From positions 1-38,175 of the IMG/VR virus record IMGVR_UViG_3300032024_000018: 38,175 nucleotides of DNA. One strand, given 5' to 3'. The translations under genes were made by a program, and so were the position numbers. A model generated the notes under the pieces. It was not told where the DNA came from, ran no database searches, and saw only the letters and a list, made by a program, of their open reading frames with translations. Shown here in pieces: positions 15,731 through 22,402 of this stretch (the stretch's first letter is position 1; each line of letters starts with the position of its first letter). This DNA comes from a virus.

Positions 15731-15756
15731 TGAAGAAAGGGGCCGAAGCCCCTTCC
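15731..15756 (-). terminator. Rho-independent terminator/attenuator after the coat gene
   Basis: The minus strand reads AAGGGGC-TTCG-GCCCCTT followed by TCTTCA. It starts 11 nt after the coat stop. Confidence 0.7.
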
Positions 15757-15766
15757 CTCAATCAGC

Positions 15767-17044
15767 TTAGGTTTGGCTGAACATCATCAAGCCGGCCATT
15801 TCAGGCTGCTTGCATACCACACCGAAGAGAGTGTCCAAGCGATACTTGGTCTTCATCGTGTCAATGTCGTAGAACTTCTGCATGACCAGTTCGATGCCCT
15901 GATCGGTGGAGGCGCGCATCACTGCGGTACCAGCATCGGTCGGAACGGCGTAACGGCCAGGCAGGATTTCCAGAGCATCTTTCTGCCAGAACGGGTTGGC
16001 GTAAGCTGCCACGGTGTTCAGGAAGACGATGGCCGAAGCTACCGCCTTGGTGTTCACCACGCAGTTTTGGTACTGGGCAGAAGCATCGGCAGCCACCTGG
16101 TTGCTGATAATCGGGGGGCTGATGACCAAGGTCGTGCCGCCAGCAGGTACGCTGATGACGCGGAAGGTTTTCAGCTGGCCGGTATCGCCCTTGGTGATGT
16201 GATGCACTGCGTTCACAGCAGCGATCGTGAAGGCATCACCTGCAACCACGCCGGCAGAACTAGACACAGTCACGGTCTGGTAGCGGTTGTCAACGTTGAT
16301 CTTGCCGCCAACAGAGGTGCTGGTAGCTTGAGGCGTGTAGTAGTTGACGGCAGCGTCACGAGTGTCGATCGTCAGACCAGCGCCACCACCTGCAGCGGCC
16401 ACGCGGTTTGCGTAGTCGAGCTTGTACGTGTCAAAGGATGCGATCATGCCGACGTAGGCACGGCGGTATGCTTCTTTGGGCATGTCAGTCACGTTCTGAC
16501 GACCAGCCAAGTTGCTTGCCATGCCGTTGTAGTCGCGCGTGCTGAGGGCCAGGTAGCGGTCATACGAAGGCACGCCTTGCTCGTTCATGATGGCTTCGCA
16601 CTGGGCGACGTCATCAAAACCAGATGCGGCAGCCGAACGCTTCACAAACAGGGTACCTTGAGCAGATGCCACGTTCATGAGAGCCACGTTGATGTCACTG
16701 GCCAGCTTCTGCTTGGCGCTGTCGCCGAGACGACCTTCTTGCAGGGCATCACGCAGCTCTTTGGCATTCAAAGTCCATGGCACAGTCTTGCTGAAGCCGA
16801 TGGTGGCCGGCACAGAAAGCTGAGCCATGTTTTTGTACAGCGCGGAGATGTCCGTACCAGGCGCACCGTCGATCGACGTGGCGATGTACGGCTGAGGACG
16901 CCAGATGATGTCGTTGGTGCGCTCCATCATTGTCGAGTCAGTCGCGTAGGTGGCGACATTGCGGCTCAGGACCAAGGCGTCATTGAAGCCTTCGAGGATG
17001 TCTTCAAACGCGACGCGCTCTTCTTTGGAAAATGCATTTGCCAT
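15767..17044 (-). CDS. Major capsid protein, P22 gp5 coat type
   Basis: 425 aa. Blocks resemble P22 coat (SN.IW.P, EAYR). AGGAG RBS. Followed by a terminator hairpin and preceded by the scaffold gene. Confidence 0.8.
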   Translation of the reverse strand: MANAFSKEERVAFEDILEGFNDALVLSRNVATYATDSTMMERTNDIIWRPQPYIATSIDGAPGTDISALYKNMAQLSVPATIGFSKTVPWTLNAKELRDALQEGRLGDSAKQKLASDINVALMNVASAQGTLFVKRSAAASGFDDVAQCEAIMNEQGVPSYDRYLALSTRDYNGMASNLAGRQNVTDMPKEAYRRAYVGMIASFDTYKLDYANRVAAAGGGAGLTIDTRDAAVNYYTPQATSTSVGGKINVDNRYQTVTVSSSAGVVAGDAFTIAAVNAVHHITKGDTGQLKTFRVISVPAGGTTLVISPPIISNQVAADASAQYQNCVVNTKAVASAIVFLNTVAAYANPFWQKDALEILPGRYAVPTDAGTAVMRASTDQGIELVMQKFYDIDTMKTKYRLDTLFGVVCKQPEMAGLMMFSQT

Positions 17045-17067
17045 GATTGGCTCCTATTTAATGTGGT

Positions 17068-17967
17068 TTACTTGGCTGCTTGCTTCGACTTCTTGTACTG
17101 GATGACTTTGGTGAAGTCGCCAGACTTTGCCGCCTCAGTGCGCAGCCGCTCGAGGGTTGAGTCCACAGTACCGGACTTGTTGCCAGTTCCCTGGACAGTG
17201 CGTTCTGGTGCCGTGGCTGCTTTGCGTTGCGTAACTTTCAATTGAGTCTCCAGTTTAGCCACCGCGAAAGCAAATTTCACGGGGTCGGTGATGGTCGAGA
17301 TTTCCTTGGCCTTCTTCGGGTTCTTGCCCAGCGCGTAGATAACCAGTGCGGGGTTCTCAGCTCCTTGCAGCACGATGCCTTGCTGGGTGACGTTGAAGAC
17401 GTCCTGGGCAGTTGCCTCGGCGTCATCGAAGTCCTTGACCTTCAGCTCAGCTTTCGCTTTGCCGTAGGCGTCCAGTTTGGCCTGCCAAGCTTTCTGCTGC
17501 TCCTTCTGAGCGGCTTCGGCCTGGTCTGCAGCTTGATCGGCTTCCCGTTTCCGGTCGTACCAAGCTGTCAGTGCTTGCTCGAATTTCTCAGTGTCGTAGT
17601 CGTGATCTTCGAGAGTGGGCTTCTTGCCCAGGGCTGCCGGCTTGGTCTCAGCAGTCTTGGTGGCGTTGAGCTTGTCTTCCAGTTCACGGATGCGACGCTT
17701 GTCCTCGCGGTTGGTCTTGCGCAGTTCACGTACCCATTCAGGCGCTTGGGTCTCTTCCTCGGTGGGCGGCGCTTCCTCACCAATGGTTACCACAACATCA
17801 TCGGACTCGGTGGCAGTTTCCTGGGTGACTTCGCCTTCGTTGCCATCGGACTGGGTTTCGCCGGTGGTTTCACCGTCTTCACCCTCGCCGTCCACAACCG
17901 TGGTTTCGTCTTCCAAGGTTACCACTTCATCGTCTGCCGTTGCTTGGCCGTCTGCCTTTTTGTTCAT
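17068..17967 (-). CDS. Scaffolding protein
   Basis: Acidic, low-complexity N-terminus and Ala/Lys/Glu-rich helical body. Positioned between portal and coat. ATG at 17967; the track start at 17985 is TTG. Confidence 0.7.
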   Translation of the reverse strand: MNKKADGQATADDEVVTLEDETTVVDGEGEDGETTGETQSDGNEGEVTQETATESDDVVVTIGEEAPPTEEETQAPEWVRELRKTNREDKRRIRELEDKLNATKTAETKPAALGKKPTLEDHDYDTEKFEQALTAWYDRKREADQAADQAEAAQKEQQKAWQAKLDAYGKAKAELKVKDFDDAEATAQDVFNVTQQGIVLQGAENPALVIYALGKNPKKAKEISTITDPVKFAFAVAKLETQLKVTQRKAATAPERTVQGTGNKSGTVDSTLERLRTEAAKSGDFTKVIQYKKSKQAAK

Positions 17968-18032
17968 TTCAATGACCCCATTCAAAACTCACCCATTAAA
18001 GCGGCTGGGTGGGAACCGCATAAACAAAGATC

Positions 18033-20111
18033 TTACAGTGGAGTGCCGTTCTGTGATACAGTTTCGGCCCCTTGAGGTTGCACTTGGCCCAAACCACCGA
18101 ACTTTTCAATGACCTCCATGGCCTGGCGCTGTTCTGTCGAGCCCACCTCAGCCAGGGTCTTCATGGTCTTGGCCTTGGTTTCGTCTGCCTGGGCCACAGT
18201 GAGGATGGTCTTGGCACGAGCCTGGGTGGCGTTGGCTGTGGCTTCGTCGGCCGCTGCCTGCAGGTACTGGGTATTCGGATCAGGCTTCTGGTTGGCCTGC
18301 TCTTCAGCCATGGTCTGCCGTTCTTCCTCTGTGGGCTTGACGACTCCCATGCGGAGCAGCTTCTTGCGGAAGTAGTCGCGCACCTCAGTGATGCCCTCTC
18401 CTTCCATGTTCATCATGGCCATGGCGCCCAGGACCTGCTTGGTCTCAGCGTCATCGGTCAGGGAAGCCATGCCAGTCAGGGCGCGGACCGTAGCTGCACG
18501 CTTGCTCGAAGACGATGGGCCAACGTCCACATTGACGTCGAACTCGGCTTCAGACAGGTCGTTCTCAGTCTCAATCTCGCCCTTCTCATTGACCACAGGC
18601 TTGGCCAGCTCGACCGACTGCATCTCGTTCTGTGGGCCGATGGACTTCATCTTGCGTCCTTCTTCGACCAGCACGTCGCGGGCCATGCTCAACCAGATTT
18701 CGCCTGAGCGCTTGACAGCCTTGCTCATGTTGCTCATGTAGATGAAGGTCTGCATGTCGAGCTTGTTCTGGATCAGCTCAACTGCCTTACCGCTGATGTT
18801 CGGCTGCAGTTCTTCACCTGCCTGCTGGTTACCCAAGAGGTCTTGCATGTCCTGCTCGGTAATCTGCAGCAGGGCAGCCAAGGCCTGAGGGATCTGAGGC
18901 GGCTTGGTGTAGCCGATCGGACCCGAGATGGCTTGGTTGCCATTGGCATCGGTGATGGAGTTGACCAGCAGATACGGGTAGTTCTTGATATTGTCATCGG
19001 CCCACATCATCTGGTGGCCAGCGACTTGCTCAGGCGTCAGGATCGGCTTCTCAACCGAGGACAGAGCGCTGAGCTCGCCGAGCTTTGACAGCTGCATGTT
19101 CTTCAGGCGCTGAGCGTCCTTGGCCAAGCGGACATGACCCATACAGCGCTCCACATTGTCGACGAACCAGCGCTTGCCGTACATGGGCACGATGGGGATG
19201 CACTTGCCAGCGATGAAGCCGCAGTCCTCGAGGATCTTGGCGCCTGACAGGATGTACTTGCGGACACGGCGACGCTTGATGTTCTTCTGGCGAACCTCAC
19301 GACTGCCGACAGCAAGTAGGCGTTCTTCCAAGGTCTCATCAGCCTCGAAGTCGGCGTCCTTGTAGCGTTCCTCATCGCCGCTCAGGGTCTCCCAGACGTA
19401 GACGGTCTCGCGTGTCTCCTCGACGCGGTAGTACTCGGCCACGAAGACGACGTCGGGCGTCAGCCAGTCGAACTCGTACTGGTGGACTTCCTTCGGCCAC
19501 GAGGCAGGATCATCGCCCCACTCATCCTTGTAGGCTTGGCGCGTCATGGACGTGATGACGAAGCAGCGCTTGGCATCGGCCTTGTCTTGGTGCTTGGCGT
19601 TCAGGTCGAAGAACACAGACGAGTCGGCATCGAAGATCGGCTCAATGCGGATCCGCTGTTTCTCGTCTTCCTCGTCCTCTTCATTCTCGTACACGGTGCG
19701 CAGACGCCAGGCTCCAAAGCCTCCGGCCACACCTTCCTCAAAGGCGTTGTCATAAGCTTCCTCGGCTCCACTGTCCTGCTCATCAGCGCGGTACAGGCCG
19801 TCGCACGTATCAGCCAGCTTGTCGTACTCCTTGCCTTCCTTGCTTACGAAGTCAACGGTGATGCGGTTGTTGCGGTACTCGTTGATGATGCGAATGACGG
19901 CCAAGTGGATCTTATTGACCTCGAACTTGGGCTTGTTCTCGAACTGATCGCCCAACGGGCCTTCCCACTGAGCACCTGCGATCGAGTAGAAGCGCCTGTC
20001 TTGGAGGCACTGCAGTCGCTCGTCGCGCATGGCAGATTGGATGTTGTCAAACTCAGCGAGCGCCTCCTGGTGGATGGCTGCAAGTCGTTGCTCTTTGGAT
20101 GGTCGGGCCAT
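18033..20111 (-). CDS. Portal protein, P22 gp1 type
   Basis: Blocks GAWRLRT, KRRRVRKYILSG, IPIVPMYG, VRLAKDAQRLKN and RDYFRKKLLRMGVVKP parallel P22 portal blocks. Long helical C-terminal barrel-like tail. Confidence 0.9.
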   Translation of the reverse strand: MARPSKEQRLAAIHQEALAEFDNIQSAMRDERLQCLQDRRFYSIAGAQWEGPLGDQFENKPKFEVNKIHLAVIRIINEYRNNRITVDFVSKEGKEYDKLADTCDGLYRADEQDSGAEEAYDNAFEEGVAGGFGAWRLRTVYENEEDEEDEKQRIRIEPIFDADSSVFFDLNAKHQDKADAKRCFVITSMTRQAYKDEWGDDPASWPKEVHQYEFDWLTPDVVFVAEYYRVEETRETVYVWETLSGDEERYKDADFEADETLEERLLAVGSREVRQKNIKRRRVRKYILSGAKILEDCGFIAGKCIPIVPMYGKRWFVDNVERCMGHVRLAKDAQRLKNMQLSKLGELSALSSVEKPILTPEQVAGHQMMWADDNIKNYPYLLVNSITDANGNQAISGPIGYTKPPQIPQALAALLQITEQDMQDLLGNQQAGEELQPNISGKAVELIQNKLDMQTFIYMSNMSKAVKRSGEIWLSMARDVLVEEGRKMKSIGPQNEMQSVELAKPVVNEKGEIETENDLSEAEFDVNVDVGPSSSSKRAATVRALTGMASLTDDAETKQVLGAMAMMNMEGEGITEVRDYFRKKLLRMGVVKPTEEERQTMAEEQANQKPDPNTQYLQAAADEATANATQARAKTILTVAQADETKAKTMKTLAEVGSTEQRQAMEVIEKFGGLGQVQPQGAETVSQNGTPL

Positions 20112-20120
20112 GGTGGTTCC

Positions 20121-21446
20121 TTATCGATTGAAGTGATGGGTGGACGCGATCGGCTCGACCTTGACGTCCTTCTTGAAGTTGATCGGCCATTCGTAGTCGA
20201 CGCAGTAACCGACTGCGGTGGTGATGTGCTGGTACTCGCTATCCTCTTCCAGGAAGGTGCTGCCCTTCTTGATCTGCACGGTGGCAAAGCCCTTGTGAAC
20301 GTACTTGGCCTTCTCAATGTTCACGAACAGGCTGACCTCGCCCTTGGCGTTCTTGATCTTGGCGCGCACAGCGTTCTGCCGGTCCTTGATGGCCGGTGCC
20401 ACGTTCTTCACCTTGCGGGTCACTGTCCAGTTGTTGGAGCGAAGCACCTGTTCCATCTCGGTGTAGTCTGAGGCGTGACCATGCTTCTCACCAGCTCGGC
20501 CTGCTGGGTCACCGTAGATGATGACGCTGCGGTTCTGGTGGTTCTTGAACTTCTCCACGAACTCAAGCGCTGACTGCCTGGCCACTGCGGACTGGAGGAC
20601 AATCTCATCAAGAATGAAGAAGTCATTGCCACGACGTACACCAACACCTGAGCTCATGGGCGTGAAGTTGAAGTCATGGTGCCACATCAGCTGCTCATTG
20701 GGCTTGATGACCTCGTTCGTATAGTTGTCTGGGCTGTAGTCCTCATACACGCGGCCGGATGCGGTCTCGAAGCTGGCCTCGTACTCTTGACGGTACTGAC
20801 GGGGCGACATGCGGCGCTTGGCGGCATCGATCACGTCCTTGGGCAGGATGTCGGCTGACTTCCACGTGTACAACTTCCAGTCAGGGTCACCACCGGTCCG
20901 AGCGTACTCAGCCATCTCGAAGTAGTGGTTCAAGCCGTCAGGAACCCCGATCAGCCAGCACCATGGACGGTAGTCAGGCTTCAGCGGGTTGAAGGTATCT
21001 AGCGCAGGGCTGATGTTCTCCTGCCATGCTCCTTCGCGTACGTCGGCAATCTCATCGATGGCGCCTCCGATCCAGAGCACGCCTTCCATGCGCTGAGGTT
21101 GATCGAGGCCGATGAGGCTGATCGTGCTCCCGTTGGGCAGGCGGATCTGAAGCTCGGACTCGCTGACTGAGCGGTCGCCGAGCACAGAGGTAAAGCACAG
21201 ACGCTTGAGGTCTTGCCAGTAGATCCGCTTGACCTGGTCCCGAGTGGGAGCAGCAACGAAGTAGGGTCCTGGTTCCCGCATGGCCTCACGCACCACAAAG
21301 CGCTTGGCCCGTTCAGTCTTGCCAGACCGCCGCCCTGCTGGGACAACCTTGAACCGCACCTTGTCATTGACCAAAGCGGTTTGAACTGAGTGCTCGGTCA
21401 GTGGGTACCAGCGTTCCATGTCCTTTTGATGGGCGAGGTCGATCAT
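20121..21446 (-). CDS. terL: Terminase large subunit
   Basis: Walker A-like PAGRRSGKTE, Walker B-like WIGGAIDE, C-terminal nuclease-type region. ATGA coupling to the terS gene. Confidence 0.85.
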   Translation of the reverse strand: MIDLAHQKDMERWYPLTEHSVQTALVNDKVRFKVVPAGRRSGKTERAKRFVVREAMREPGPYFVAAPTRDQVKRIYWQDLKRLCFTSVLGDRSVSESELQIRLPNGSTISLIGLDQPQRMEGVLWIGGAIDEIADVREGAWQENISPALDTFNPLKPDYRPWCWLIGVPDGLNHYFEMAEYARTGGDPDWKLYTWKSADILPKDVIDAAKRRMSPRQYRQEYEASFETASGRVYEDYSPDNYTNEVIKPNEQLMWHHDFNFTPMSSGVGVRRGNDFFILDEIVLQSAVARQSALEFVEKFKNHQNRSVIIYGDPAGRAGEKHGHASDYTEMEQVLRSNNWTVTRKVKNVAPAIKDRQNAVRAKIKNAKGEVSLFVNIEKAKYVHKGFATVQIKKGSTFLEEDSEYQHITTAVGYCVDYEWPINFKKDVKVEPIASTHHFNR

Positions 21447-21811
21447 ACTGGAAGCTTCTCCGCGATCGACTTGAGGGTCTCGGACACGGCGTCTGAGTTG
21501 CCGCTGACTGAGACGGTTTGCACAGCAAGGCGCGGTGCGTAAAACGGAGCTGCTGCTTTCGCGGCATCGATGCGGGTAGGAAAGTCAACGTAGACTTCTT
21601 CTTCCACAAGATCGCGGCTCTTCTCATTGCCCTTGGCGTCATACTTGATGACCCAGCGCTTGTGCTTGATACCTTCACCACGGCTGACCATCAGCAACCA
21701 CTCATGTGGAAGCAATCCGGTTTCCATGGCGGCTTGTTTCGCTTTTGCGGTGACCTTGGACAATGCGCCTTTCGGCCGTCCAGCACCTGGTTGTCGTCCA
21801 CCACCTGCCAT
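21443..21811 (-). CDS. terS: Terminase small subunit
   Basis: 122 aa. GRPKG N-terminus, R.DAAKAAAPFYAPRL motif. Immediately upstream of terL. Confidence 0.7.
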   Translation of the reverse strand: MAGGGRQPGAGRPKGALSKVTAKAKQAAMETGLLPHEWLLMVSRGEGIKHKRWVIKYDAKGNEKSRDLVEEEVYVDFPTRIDAAKAAAPFYAPRLAVQTVSVSGNSDAVSETLKSIAEKLPV

Positions 21812-21859
21812 TGTTCAACTCCACAAAAGATTTGGAGATAGGAAATCTCAATGGTGTGG

Positions 21860-21888
21860 ATCGTAAACCGTTTCACTGGCGACGTAAA
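21860..21888 (-). promoter_or_regulatory. Candidate promoter of the late (minus) arm, built from phased repeats
   Basis: The minus strand reads TTTACG-N17-TACGAT, about 45 nt upstream of the terS ATG. It is part of three GtAAACCG repeats spaced exactly 21 bp apart (AAACCG at 21865, 21886, 21907). Confidence 0.35.
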
Positions 21889-21958
21889 CCGCTCTACCAC
21901 GTGTGGAAACCGTCGTACACCCTCTAAATGGGCGAACACTCACTCTGATGGAGCGGCC

Positions 21959-22168
21959 TGTGTAGCGAGTTGTGTAGCAACCTAAGTTGTTGATTTATAA
22001 GACAAACTACAGATACTACATCTACTATAGTCTCTTTTTAACTAAAGAAGAAGAAGAAGAAGAAGAAGTATAGAGAGAAGAGAGAATAGAGATTGGTGTA
22101 GCGTGTAGCGACCGCTTTGTTGTGTAGTAGAGTGCCAAGAGCCATAAATAACACCTAAGTGGTTGATT
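21959..22168. repeat. Origin-like repeat array: GTGTAGC iterons and 15-bp direct repeats flanking an AT-rich core
   Basis: TGTGTAGC at 21959 and 21971. GTGTAGC at 22096 and 22103. TGTGTAG at 22121. CCTAAGT(T/G)GTTGATT at 21981 and 22154. Three tandem 9-mers ACTA(C/T)A... at 22006-22032. Confidence 0.6.
22045..22068. repeat. (AAG)8 microsatellite inside a ~50-bp polypurine tract
   Basis: aagaagaagaagaagaagaagaag followed by tatagagagaagagagaatagag. Non-coding. Confidence 0.95.
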
Positions 22169-22202
22169 CTGAACGGCTTTTCACCTCACTGGTAACCCAT
22201 TG

Positions 22203-22231
22203 TTTACAACTCATCCGCTACAGATTACAAT
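22203..22231 (+). promoter_or_regulatory. Sigma70-type promoter P1 (primase/helicase operon)
   Basis: TGTTTACA, with TTTACA at 22203-22208, then a 17-nt spacer, then TACAAT at 22226-22231. Confidence 0.7.
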
Positions 22232-22402
22232 CTCGACTGTCCGCCTCGCTGTGTCGTGTCTCCTTCGGTTGCCCACAACCTTGGTCCGCGTCGATCGCCC
22301 TCAGCAAGTGATGTAGCGAGGCGGACACCTTTTCATGTGGCTGAGCACATGGTTGGCCGATGCTGAGGCGGCTATGATCGACGAATTGAGGACCGAAACA
22401 AG

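Noticed and set aside
15773-17245. 490-aa plus-strand ORF opposite the coat and scaffold genes
   Set aside because: It is antisense to a confidently identified P22-type coat gene. Its composition is Arg/Val/His/Gly/Asp-rich, typical of reverse-frame translation. It has no RBS and no recognisable motif.
19482-20471. 329-aa plus-strand ORF spanning the portal/terL junction; similar long antisense ORFs lie at 17227-18075 and 18072-18707
   Set aside because: These ORFs lie opposite strongly supported portal, scaffold and terminase genes. They are low-complexity Leu/Val/Gly/His-rich and lack start context.
21691-21939. 82-aa minus-strand ORF overlapping the terS 5' end
   Set aside because: It is out of frame with terS and would cover the phased repeats and the promoter candidate. 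No RBS.
21959-22168. Repeat array as a CRISPR array or a mobile-element end
   Set aside because: The repeats are 7-15 bp, irregularly spaced and not separated by unique spacers of uniform length. There are no cas genes or transposase, and no flanking target duplication.
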